This document shows, in pieces, positions 1-8,177 of a DNA stretch of 64,000 bases. Position 1 is the first letter of the stretch. Every line of letters begins with the position of its first letter. This DNA is from an uncultured Sutterella sp. (GTDB lineage: Bacteria; Pseudomonadota; Gammaproteobacteria; Burkholderiales; Burkholderiaceae_F), in assembly GCA_958347955.1 (NCBI GenBank), contig CATVXH010000007.1:9638-73637 (forward strand), given 5' to 3'. The notes below the pieces were generated by a model that saw nothing but the letters and a program-made list of their open reading frames with translations, had not been told where the DNA came from and did no database searches. The position numbers and the translations under genes were made by a program.

Positions 1-165
1 TCCGAGGGTATCCGTTTTGCCAAAGAAAAACTCGCAGTTAAAGAAATAGTGATTGAAGCGCAAACTTACGTCAAAAAGCTGTATGAATCGCTGGGATTTA
101 AAGCGGAATCAGACGAGTTTTTAGAGGACGGTATACCTCACGTGAGGATGCGTCTGAAACTTTAA
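1..165 (+). CDS. GNAT-family N-acetyltransferase (ElaA-like), C-terminal 54 codons; 5' end outside window
   Basis: Frame 1 is open from base 1 to TAA at 163-165. The tail YESLGFKAESDEFLEDGIPHVRMRLKL resembles ElaA-type GNAT C-termini (recalled, not searched). Confidence 0.5.
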   Translation, partial: SEGIRFAKEKLAVKEIVIEAQTYVKKLYESLGFKAESDEFLEDGIPHVRMRLKL

Positions 166-242
166 GGTTTTTTGCAGCAAGGTAGAGACAAAATATTTTG
201 AAACTGATAAAATCCACCTCCTAACGTTCGTTAGATACCTTT

Positions 243-317
243 AGGGGCATAGCACAATGGTTAGTGTACTCGGCTCTGAACCGAGGTATCTTGGTTCGAT
301 TCCAAGTGCCCCCGCCA
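243..317 (+). tRNA. tRNA-Gln (anticodon CUG)
   Basis: 75-nt cloverleaf folded by eye: acceptor AGGGGCA/UGCCCCC, D stem GCAC/GUGU, anticodon stem CUCGG/CCGAG with loop CUCUGAA, 4-nt variable loop, T arm CUUGG-UUCGAUU-CCAAG, G73 and encoded CCA. Confidence 0.85.
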
Positions 318-373
318 TTTTCTTCGATAATGAATCCTGATTTCCACTACTTGTTTTCGCGTTAATAAAAGCC

Positions 374-508
374 ATGGAAATTCGAATCTTGTGCTACTTC
401 GTGGAAGTCGCCCGTTGCAAAAGTTTCGAACTGGCGGCGCACCGTCTGTCAGTCACTCAACCGACACCGTCGAGGCAAATCGCCGATATGGAGGTTCAAC
501 TTGATTAG
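374..508 (+). pseudogene. LysR-family regulator remnant (44-codon N-terminal HTH fragment)
   Basis: ATG at 374, TAG at 506-508. MEIRILCYFVEVARCKSFELAAHRLSVTQPTPSRQIADMEVQLD matches only the winged-HTH start of LysR-type regulators; the effector domain is absent. Confidence 0.55.
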
Positions 509-1182
509 TGAAGTGTTTTCAAAAGGCTGTTTTTTCTCTTTACGGCTTCAATGACAAGATGGACGATAATGCCGATGGCCGCACAGGCGGCCGCATAGAA
601 AATAAAATAAAGAAGGACGGGTCTTTCGGGGTCCCAAAAGTCAAAGGCAAATCCCAAAAAGAGTTTTTCAAAGAGCATCCTGTCAATAAACCCAAAGACT
701 CCGATTAAGAAAGTCAATGCGGCCAGCGGGAGCAAAGCGGTTTTGGTCAATTGATTTTCTATTTTTCTGGCAATCATCGGTCCGTGAAGCCCTAGGTGGA
801 CGGCGATCAGCACCAAAAGCCAGAAAGCAATGCCCGAATGAAGTTGTCGGGTGGTCATGCCGGAATTAATTTCAAGGAATGCGAAAAGATCCGGAGAAAG
901 CGCGACGCCGGTGACAAGCAAAAAGACAAACCCCAAGGCCATAAGACCGTTGGTCAATGTTGAAAGCGCTCGCCTTAATCCCCAACGTCCCTCAAAGAGC
1001 CCCGTGAACCACACGCCGTGCCGCAGCGAGTGAAGTAATAGGCATAGACACAACACTATGCCTAAAAGTTCATGCTCAAGAATTCCTGTGATGCGGGCGC
1101 CAAGGCAAAGAATGAACAGCACAAAAAGCAGCAATAAAAAAGCGCCCGATTTAAGCCATTCCATCCATTTGCCTTTGAGCAT
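505..1182 (-). CDS. Polytopic membrane protein, DUF4405/cytochrome-b-like
   Basis: 225-aa ORF with several hydrophobic helices carrying His motifs (LLHSLRHG, AVHLGLHG). It sits directly upstream of a flavodoxin-family gene, as this family commonly does. Family call is from memory. Confidence 0.5.
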   Translation of the reverse strand: MLKGKWMEWLKSGAFLLLLFVLFILCLGARITGILEHELLGIVLCLCLLLHSLRHGVWFTGLFEGRWGLRRALSTLTNGLMALGFVFLLVTGVALSPDLFAFLEINSGMTTRQLHSGIAFWLLVLIAVHLGLHGPMIARKIENQLTKTALLPLAALTFLIGVFGFIDRMLFEKLFLGFAFDFWDPERPVLLYFIFYAAACAAIGIIVHLVIEAVKRKNSLLKTLH

Positions 1183-1191
1183 GTTTATTCC

Positions 1192-1563
1192 TTAGATGAG
1201 CTTGTTGGATTTTAACCACTCATCAATGTCACCAGATAGCGTCGAACCGCCGCGATAGTGAACAGAGAGTCCTTCGGTCAGGTTTGAAGCCGGCGCCAAT
1301 TTGCCGATAGCGGTCACGCTTTGCCCCAGACGGCCGCCACCGTGGCTGCAAAATGGCGCGATCGTTTTGCCGGAGAGATCATAACTTTCTAAGAAAGTGG
1401 CGATTGGCATCGGAATCGAGGCCCACCAATTGGGATAGCCCACGAAGATCGTGTCATATTAGGAAATGTTTTCAATTTTGGTTCGCAGTTGCGGCCGGGC
1501 ATCGGCGCGCTGGTCACCGTTTGCCTTGTCAAGACATTGATTATAGTTGGTCGAATATGTCAT
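1192..1563 (-). pseudogene. Flavodoxin-family gene, 5'-truncated and interrupted by an in-frame TAA
   Basis: The 83-aa ORF carries GYPNWWASIPMPIATFLESYDLSGKTIAPFCSHGGG. The same frame continues upstream (..ARPQLRTKIENIS) across TAA at 1459-1461. The roughly 45 N-terminal codons with the FMN-binding start are missing. Confidence 0.7.
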
Positions 1564-1565
1564 AG

Positions 1566-1643
1566 CCTGAAAAAAGTTGACACCTTTTAACCGACAAAGG
1601 AGTGTCAAATGACGTATTTCAGGGATTCAATAGACCCGGCTTA
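1566..1643. repeat. Copy A of a 78-nt module (hairpin TTGACAC..GTGTCAA plus 12 codon-like triplets); copy B lies at 37866-37944
   Basis: Hand alignment with 37866-37944. CCTGAAAAAAGTTGACAC and GGAGTGTCA are conserved while the loop has diverged. In the following 36 nt the differences fall almost only on every third base. Confidence 0.6.
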
Positions 1644-1931
1644 CATGAAAAGACACTCTGAGAGAAAGCTTAGAGTGTCGAACCAATCAGGTTTTAAATT
1701 TTTAGCTGTAAAGAAAATTAGGCAAGAATCAAAAAACTGTCAGCCAAATCAGTCATAGTTTTAAAAACTGTCAACCAATTTCAGGCAAGGTCAATAGTCA
1801 ATAGGGTAACAAGAATAAAACTTTCTTACATTTTTCTTTATCGTAAAGCCAAGATTTTGTGCTTTTTAGAAGTTTGTATAGGGTTATCTTGGTATCACTA
1901 AATACCAAAGTTCACTAAAATCTTCGGCAAA

Positions 1932-1969
1932 TGTCATATACATGTCATTTTCGTGTCATATTTAATGAC
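1932..1969 (+). promoter_or_regulatory. Three phased TGTCAT direct repeats plus one inverted copy upstream of tctB (candidate response-regulator site)
   Basis: TGTCAT occurs at 1932, 1943 and 1954 (11-nt period) and ATGAC at 1965, about 45-80 nt upstream of the tctB ATG. Confidence 0.3.
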
Positions 1970-2013
1970 TGAAAAGATATCTGTGTGTTTCACTGTAATC
2001 TTTCTCTTGAATT

Positions 2014-2463
2014 ATGAAAAAATCTGACATACCTGTTGTCTGTGTTATTTATGCAATCGCCATTGCATTCTTAATAATGACACTGCAGTTGCCCGAGGCT
2101 GCCCAAGTCTATCCGATGGTCTTGATTACAGCTCTCATTTTTGTCAACACGCTCTATCTTATCCGCACTTTCCTTCATTTCCGACAAAACCATCATGTAG
2201 AAAACGACTATCCGATTGTTTTTCATGGATTCCTGCCTCTGCAGTTTTTCGGTGTGTTCGCGGCGATCGGCTTGTACTTGGTTTTGATGTATTTCTGCGG
2301 ATATTACGTTTCAACCATTTTGTATTTGCTCGGATCTCTTGTGTTTTTAAAGGTCCCGATGAAATACAATCTCATGACCGTTGTCGTGATGATCGTGATG
2401 GTGGCGGTTGTGTTCTCGTACTTTCTTAAAGTCCCGCTTCCCACGGGTCTGTTATTCGGTTAA
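2014..2463 (+). CDS. tctB: Tripartite tricarboxylate transporter, small membrane subunit TctB
   Basis: 149-aa protein with four hydrophobic helices, ending 12 nt before tctA. Size, topology and position are typical of TctB. Confidence 0.75.
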   Translation: MKKSDIPVVCVIYAIAIAFLIMTLQLPEAAQVYPMVLITALIFVNTLYLIRTFLHFRQNHHVENDYPIVFHGFLPLQFFGVFAAIGLYLVLMYFCGYYVSTILYLLGSLVFLKVPMKYNLMTVVVMIVMVAVVFSYFLKVPLPTGLLFG

Positions 2464-2475
2464 AAGGAGTCCGAC

Positions 2476-3981
2476 ATGTTAGAGACTTTATCTTTAATGG
2501 GCGCGGGTTTCATCAATGCCTTTTCACCGATAAATCTTCTCGCCATGGTCGCCTCCACCGCCCTGGGGATAACGATCGGGTGCCTGCCGGGACTGTCTGC
2601 CGCCATGGGGGTGGCGCTTTTACTGCCGGTGACTTTCGGCATGGATCCGGCCACGGGTTTAATCGTTTTGGGCGGCATTTATTGCGGCGCTATTTTCGGC
2701 GGCTCCATCAGTGCGATTTTGATTCACACGCCGGGCACCCCCGCTTCTGCCGCCACGGCTATCGAGGGCTATAAGCTCACTCTTAAAGGCCAAGCCGCCA
2801 AAGCTTTGACGGTTGCCTGTTTCGCCTCTTTCTGCGGCGGCCTTTTGAGCTGCATTTCACTTTACTTCTTCTCTCCCCTATTGGCAGAGCTGACGATGAA
2901 GTTTAAGAGCCCGGAATATTTCTGGCTCTCGATTTTCGGCCTGACAATCATTGCCGGTGTCTCAAGCCGCTCGATCCTGAAAGGCTTAATGTCGGGTATT
3001 TTGGGTCTTTTGATCTCGACAATCGGCATGGATCCGATGGAAGGTGTTGAGCGATACATGTTCGGTGTGAGCACGCTCTACAACGGTGTGAATGTGACCT
3101 GCGCTCTGATCGGTCTGTTCTCGATGTCCCAGGTCTTGATTTTGGCAGAAAAGAAAATCGTTGAGCGCGCCAAGGCGGCCAAGATCAAAGACAAGCTCAC
3201 CCTTACCAAGGGCGAAGTCAAACGCATCATGCCGACCATTACCCGCTCTTGGATCATCGGTAACATTTTGGGAATTTTGCCGGGTGCCGGAGCCACCATC
3301 GCCTGTTTTATGGGCTACAACGAAGCGCGGCGCTTTTCCAAGCACAAAGAAGAATTCGGCACGGGTTCCATTGAAGGCGTTGCCGGTTCTGAAGCGGCAA
3401 ATAACGCCGTGACGGGCGGCTCGCTTATCCCGACGCTCACTTTGGGTATTCCGGGTGAATCCGTGACGGCGGTGCTTATGGGCGGTTTGATTATTCATGG
3501 TCTGCAGCCGGGGCCGGAGCTCTTTACCACTTACGCCGACATGACTTACACCTTCTTCGCCGGCTTTGTGCTTGTGCAGTTCGCGATGCTCGCCATCGGC
3601 CTTTGGGGTTGCAAGATTTTCGCCAACATCGCCCGTCTCTCCGACAGCATCCTGATTCCCTCAATCGTGGTGCTTTGCGTTGTGGGGTCGTACGCCATCA
3701 ACAATAACATCGTCGAAGTCATCATTATGTGTGTGTTCGGCGTGATCGGCTATTTGGTTCGCAAATTTGACTTAAACGCCGCGGCCATTGTGCTCGGTCT
3801 CATTTTGGGCCCCATAGGCGAAAACGGTTTGCGTCGCTCTCTCATGTTGAGCGACGGCGATCCCTCGATTCTTTTTGCCACTCCGCTTTGCTGGATGCTC
3901 ATCGCGCTTTGCGTGGTCGGTATCTTCTCTCCCCTCTTTATGGGAAGAGTGGAAAAAGACATGATGGATAAACATAAGTAA
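2476..3981 (+). CDS. tctA: Tripartite tricarboxylate transporter permease TctA
   Basis: 501-aa polytopic protein. N-terminal [54 protein letters not shown] is the TctA signature region. Confidence 0.9.
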   Translation: MLETLSLMGAGFINAFSPINLLAMVASTALGITIGCLPGLSAAMGVALLLPVTFGMDPATGLIVLGGIYCGAIFGGSISAILIHTPGTPASAATAIEGYKLTLKGQAAKALTVACFASFCGGLLSCISLYFFSPLLAELTMKFKSPEYFWLSIFGLTIIAGVSSRSILKGLMSGILGLLISTIGMDPMEGVERYMFGVSTLYNGVNVTCALIGLFSMSQVLILAEKKIVERAKAAKIKDKLTLTKGEVKRIMPTITRSWIIGNILGILPGAGATIACFMGYNEARRFSKHKEEFGTGSIEGVAGSEAANNAVTGGSLIPTLTLGIPGESVTAVLMGGLIIHGLQPGPELFTTYADMTYTFFAGFVLVQFAMLAIGLWGCKIFANIARLSDSILIPSIVVLCVVGSYAINNNIVEVIIMCVFGVIGYLVRKFDLNAAAIVLGLILGPIGENGLRRSLMLSDGDPSILFATPLCWMLIALCVVGIFSPLFMGRVEKDMMDKHK

Positions 3982-3992
3982 TTTTCTAAGAC

Positions 3993-4021
3993 GCGGAGTG
4001 AATGCCGGACCTTCACTCCGC
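3993..4021 (+). terminator. Intra-operon hairpin between tctA and tctC (no T tract)
   Basis: GCGGAGTGAA..TTCACTCCGC, a 10-bp perfect stem with 9-nt loop. No U-run follows, so it is an attenuator or stabiliser rather than a full terminator. Confidence 0.35.
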
Positions 4022-4078
4022 GCCGCCGACAAAAGGCCCGGAAGAACAAATTGATGACTCATCAAAGGAGTGTTAAAG

Positions 4079-5023
4079 ATGAAAAAGTTAGCCTTTGCAT
4101 TAGCCGTGGCCATGGCGATTCCGCTTTCTGTCCAGGCCTGGACGCCTGAAAAGGACGTCAATGTGATCGTGGCCTATAAGGCAGGTTCCGGCACCGACAC
4201 GGGAGCCCGTCTTTTGATGACTTTGACCGAAAAAGAAATCGGTAAGGCTATGATCATCAATAATCTTCCCGGCGCTGACGGCAAAATCGGCTGGACTCGC
4301 CTGGCAAAATCCAAACCCGACGGCTACACGATCGGTTATATCAATTTGCCGACATTTACCACGCTCGCCAATGAAAAGAACGCAGCCTTTAAGGTAACGC
4401 AAGTTGCGCCGATCGCCAACCACCTCACTGAAACCGGCGTCGTTGTGGTGCGCGCCGACAGCAAGTGGCAAACGCTTCAGGATTTGGTCAAAGACGCCAA
4501 GGCCAACGACAAGCTTCGTTGCTCCACCAATGGTGTGAAGGCCTCCAACCACACCGCCGCCCAGCTTCTTTCCCAAAGCGCCGGCTTTAAGTACAAGGCT
4601 GTCCCCTACGGCGGCACGGCCGACCAGTTGATGGCTCTGCGTCAAGGCGAAGTGGACTTCTCCTGCGCCAAGATCGCTGACGTGGCTAAGCTTGTGAGCG
4701 GCGACAAACCGGTGCTCCGCCTCTTGGGTGTGTTCGACACCAAGCGGTTGGAAGATTATCCCAATGTGCCGACTTTGGGTGAACTCGGCTACTACGATCA
4801 ATGGTACGGCTCAGCCCGCGCCATCGTCGCGCCTGCCGGCGTTCCCGCTGATGTGCTCAGTTACTGGGTTGACACTTTCCGCAAGGTGTTAAATGACCCG
4901 GCTGTGAAGGAAGCCCACGAAAAAGGCGGATTGACGATTGACTTTAAGGACGATAAACAATTGGGCGAACTGATCAAGGCCCAGGACGTTTTTGCCCGCG
5001 AAGTGATTTCAAAGCTCTACTAA
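4079..5023 (+). CDS. tctC: Bug/TctC-family periplasmic tricarboxylate-binding protein
   Basis: GGAG lies 8 nt before ATG 4079. Signal peptide MKKLAFALAVAMAIPLSVQA. Mature start WTPEKDVNVIVAYKAGSGTDTGARLL is typical of the Bug family. Confidence 0.85.
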   Translation: MKKLAFALAVAMAIPLSVQAWTPEKDVNVIVAYKAGSGTDTGARLLMTLTEKEIGKAMIINNLPGADGKIGWTRLAKSKPDGYTIGYINLPTFTTLANEKNAAFKVTQVAPIANHLTETGVVVVRADSKWQTLQDLVKDAKANDKLRCSTNGVKASNHTAAQLLSQSAGFKYKAVPYGGTADQLMALRQGEVDFSCAKIADVAKLVSGDKPVLRLLGVFDTKRLEDYPNVPTLGELGYYDQWYGSARAIVAPAGVPADVLSYWVDTFRKVLNDPAVKEAHEKGGLTIDFKDDKQLGELIKAQDVFAREVISKLY

Positions 5024-5066
5024 TTTCGAATTTAATTCAGATCTGACTGTTCGTTTGTGAACGAGG

Positions 5067-5100
5067 CCCCGGAAGGATTAAACTTTCGGGGTCTTTTTTT
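5067..5100 (+). terminator. Rho-independent terminator after tctC
   Basis: CCCCGGAAG..CTTTCGGGG stem followed by TCTTTTTTT. Confidence 0.7.
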
Positions 5101-5111
5101 GATTTTCACCA

Positions 5112-6284
5112 ATGAACGGGATTAAAAACACGGCTCACCCGCCGATTATTGTTTTTTTAGCCTTGCTGATGACGATTTTGGTCATGCGAGGGCCTATCAC
5201 CTGCGTTGGCGCTGTTGCGGAAGAACTCATAACAAGTCTTCAAATCGGCTACCCTGCCTACGGATTTCTCACCGCGTTGCCCATCGCCTGTTTCGGGTTG
5301 TTTTGCGCGGCCGCGCCTGCGATGAGCAAACGTTTCGGACTTCTGGTTACCGTATTGATTTGTTTGGCGCTGATTTTTATCGGCGCGGCAGGCCGTCTTA
5401 TTCTCTCTTATTCAGTCATGCTTGCGGCAACCGCTCTCATCGGAATCGGCATTGCCGTTCTCAATGTGTTGATGCCTGTTTTACTCAGAGATTATTTTCC
5501 GAATAACATCGCTTTGGTTATGGGAGTTTTCACAGGTTTTATCGGTTTTTCCGGATCAATCGGCGCTTACTTCTCTGTGCCGCTTTTGGACGCGTTTGAC
5601 TCTTTGGACGCCCCTTTAGGTTTCTGGGTGCTGATGGCGGCTTTGGCGCTTGCGGCGTGGTTTTTGGCGCCCCGCGCTAAACGAATCACTGTGGCGGGCG
5701 GCGCCTTTCAGTGGGCGCTACTGAAAAAACCTCTGACTTGGGCCGTGATTTTTGTGATGGGAATGCAGTCGCTCACTATTTATACAACGGTGGCGTGGCT
5801 TCCTACTATTTTGAGCACTTTGGGTTTTTCCGCCTCCGCCGCGGGCTTGGGCTCCGCTGTTTTCTTGCTCGTGAGCGCGCCGGCGAGTATTTTGACGGCG
5901 GCTTTCATAAAAGCGGTCGGCGGAGAGCGCCCTGCCTCCCTGATTATGACGGCAAGCTTTGCCATCGGCATTGTTCTTTGGTTGTTCGGCGGGACCTGGT
6001 CCTTTGTGGGATGCGTGTTAGCCGGCATTCCCCAAGGCATTACCTTTAGCATGGCGATGATTTTAATGGCGAAAAAGACCAACAGCCTTTCTCAGCTTTT
6101 AGTCATTTCCAGTCTTGCGCAAGGAATCGGCTACGTGTTGGCGGGTTTCGGCCCCTTTATCTGCGGTCTGCTTTACCACGGAGACGGCAAGTGGTTGCCG
6201 GTGGCGGGTTTTATGTTGTGCGCGGTGGCGCTTTGGGGATTGAGCGCCTGGTACGCTTTCGGAGACCGAAAGCTTTTTGATTAG
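5112..6284 (+). CDS. MFS transporter (CynX-like)
   Basis: 390 aa with about 12 hydrophobic helices. Overall similarity to the CynX/cyanate-permease-type MFS family is recalled, not searched. Confidence 0.7.
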   Translation: MNGIKNTAHPPIIVFLALLMTILVMRGPITCVGAVAEELITSLQIGYPAYGFLTALPIACFGLFCAAAPAMSKRFGLLVTVLICLALIFIGAAGRLILSYSVMLAATALIGIGIAVLNVLMPVLLRDYFPNNIALVMGVFTGFIGFSGSIGAYFSVPLLDAFDSLDAPLGFWVLMAALALAAWFLAPRAKRITVAGGAFQWALLKKPLTWAVIFVMGMQSLTIYTTVAWLPTILSTLGFSASAAGLGSAVFLLVSAPASILTAAFIKAVGGERPASLIMTASFAIGIVLWLFGGTWSFVGCVLAGIPQGITFSMAMILMAKKTNSLSQLLVISSLAQGIGYVLAGFGPFICGLLYHGDGKWLPVAGFMLCAVALWGLSAWYAFGDRKLFD

Positions 6285-6839
6285 GCGCTCATTGATAACG
6301 TTTTTATAATTTTTAACTTGAACGGACGGGAAATCTTCAAGAAGCGCTTCCGTCACGTTGTCAGCCAATTTCTCATAAGGCGGCTTGATCTTGTGATAGG
6401 CCGAAGCGACAAGATCTGTCGCCAAGGCGATGTGCCAATCATCAAGCTGAGAATTCGGCAGGGAATCCGACGAGTAAGTCTTTTTGTAAATCAGCTTATC
6501 CTGAGCGTCGTGCAATTCGTAGTGAACGCGAAGCTTGGTGTAGGTGCCCAACACCGCGTAGTTATTCTGAACTCCTTCAATTCTCGTAACGAGCTTGGCA
6601 TCGGCGTTATCCGATTGGGAGGTTTCCCGAAGGACCTGATAGCCCTTCTCTTCTAATCCTTTTTGGGTCTTTTTAACTAGAACTTGATAAATATCGGACT
6701 CGACGTTGTTTTTGGGTATCCCTGTGTAAACGTAGATGCTGTCGATTCCTTCAGCATTGATTTCCGGTTGATGTCCAAAGGTAGAGCAACCGGTTATAAG
6801 TACCGCACAGGCGGAGAGGGTCAAAAGCTTTGTACGCAT
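6099..6839 (-). CDS. Lipoprotein of unknown function; 3' end uncertain
   Basis: Lipobox MRTKLLTLSACAVLITGC. The last 62 codons are antisense to the MFS gene and are Arg/His/Lys-rich, so the true C-terminus is doubtful. Confidence 0.55.
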   Translation of the reverse strand: MRTKLLTLSACAVLITGCSTFGHQPEINAEGIDSIYVYTGIPKNNVESDIYQVLVKKTQKGLEEKGYQVLRETSQSDNADAKLVTRIEGVQNNYAVLGTYTKLRVHYELHDAQDKLIYKKTYSSDSLPNSQLDDWHIALATDLVASAYHKIKPPYEKLADNVTEALLEDFPSVQVKNYKNVINERLIKKLSVSESVPGAQSPKRHRAQHKTRHRQPLAVSVVKQTADKGAETRQHVADSLRKTGND

Positions 6840-6952
6840 TGGCGAACTCCGTCAAAAATGATATTAGAGTCCGCCATTCTATCTAAAAAAGGATGCGCTT
6901 TTATTTGGAAAATCGTAAAAAAATATGAATTCTCAATAAGTTAAAGAGATTC

Positions 6953-7345
6953 TTATCGCTTTAAGTAACACTTTAATTTTTCAATCAGAGAGAGATCCGC
7001 CGGTAACCAATTCACTGTATCTAAAGTGTCGACTGTCAACCATTTGGCGTCTTCATGCTCTTTGAGAACAAGATCGCCGTGCTTAATGGAACAGATGAAG
7101 CAGTGCATCTTCAAGTGGAACTTCGGGTAGTCATACTCAACGGTATCAATGAGATCGCCCACTTCAATGTCGGTTTCAAGTTCTTCTTTAATTTCGCGAA
7201 TAAGGGCTTGCTGAGGCGTCTCCCCTGCTTCCATCTTGCCGCCGGGGAATTCCCAACCGTCTTTCTGGTCTCCATATCCTCTTTGCGTAGCAAAGATTCT
7301 GTCATTGTTTTGGATAACAGCAGCTACAACTTCTAATGTTTTCAT
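6953..7345 (-). CDS. NUDIX hydrolase, MutT/NudG-like (d)NTP pyrophosphohydrolase
   Basis: 130 aa with an intact NUDIX box GGKMEAGETPQQALIREIKEELET. Its start ATG overlaps the HNH stop (ATGA). Confidence 0.85.
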   Translation of the reverse strand: MKTLEVVAAVIQNNDRIFATQRGYGDQKDGWEFPGGKMEAGETPQQALIREIKEELETDIEVGDLIDTVEYDYPKFHLKMHCFICSIKHGDLVLKEHEDAKWLTVDTLDTVNWLPADLSLIEKLKCYLKR

Positions 7346-8148
7346 TGATGTGCTTCTTGATAATGTTTAAACCTTTCGTGCAGAAAGTCTTGGTTAGGAC
7401 GAAAACGCAACTGATTAAAATTTATGCGTCGATCTTTGATTTGTACAAAAAAGTCCCGACAAGGCTCTCCTGAAACATTAGCCAAAAGCAAATCTGAAAC
7501 AACGACTCGCCCATCTGGATCAATTCCCAGTAGATTTTTGTCATAGGCGACATGAATGAGTTTATTTAGAGCGAGACCATTGCTTACCATCATTCTTGCG
7601 TATGGGTAATCTTTCCACGGAAGAATATGCGCCGCATCGATTAATTGTGGAATTGCACAACCAGAAAAAGGACATCGTGAATCGTAATTAGCAAGTACCG
7701 CCCTTCTGAATAAATTTTGTTTAACTCTGACATTTAACAAATATGAACGTTCTTGACCATTAGAAGTATTATCTTCAGTACACGATTCAGAATGGCTCTG
7801 TGTCTGGTCAGGTGATTTTATTTTTAATAAATCATGCTTAATTTTTTCTGCGTTGCTGTTTAATCTTTCAAGATCCAGTTCGTCACCATTTAAATATTTA
7901 TTCCAAACTATGGCGTCCAGCTTACTGCCATGTGATGATCCTTTATGACCTAGAGTTTGACCTTTTTGATCACAGGCCGCTAAATTCGATAGCTTAAAAG
8001 ATACTGCACCAGGCGTTCTACCCAAAAGATCTGCTAAATCAATAATTTCTGGATTCTTTGGGGAAATTCTTGAATATGGTGTGATACTGTACAAATTTAG
8101 GGCTAAAACAATCTGAGTTTCTGTCCAGCGCGAATTTATATTAGCCAT
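7342..8148 (-). CDS. HNH-family endonuclease (HNH_2 / COG3183-like predicted restriction nuclease)
   Basis: C-terminal CPFSGCAIPQLIDAAHILPW..SNGLALNKLIHVAYD forms an H-N-H core. N-terminal WTETQIVLALNLY..GAVSFKLSNLAACD is typical of this family (recalled). Confidence 0.75.
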   Translation of the reverse strand: MANINSRWTETQIVLALNLYSITPYSRISPKNPEIIDLADLLGRTPGAVSFKLSNLAACDQKGQTLGHKGSSHGSKLDAIVWNKYLNGDELDLERLNSNAEKIKHDLLKIKSPDQTQSHSESCTEDNTSNGQERSYLLNVRVKQNLFRRAVLANYDSRCPFSGCAIPQLIDAAHILPWKDYPYARMMVSNGLALNKLIHVAYDKNLLGIDPDGRVVVSDLLLANVSGEPCRDFFVQIKDRRINFNQLRFRPNQDFLHERFKHYQEAHQ

Positions 8149-8177
8149 AAGAACTCCTGGAGCTTGATCAAGTTTCT

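Noticed and set aside
4100-4801. 233-aa ORF on the minus strand
   Set aside because: Antisense to tctC. It has no start context and a Gly/His/Val-rich, shadow-like composition.
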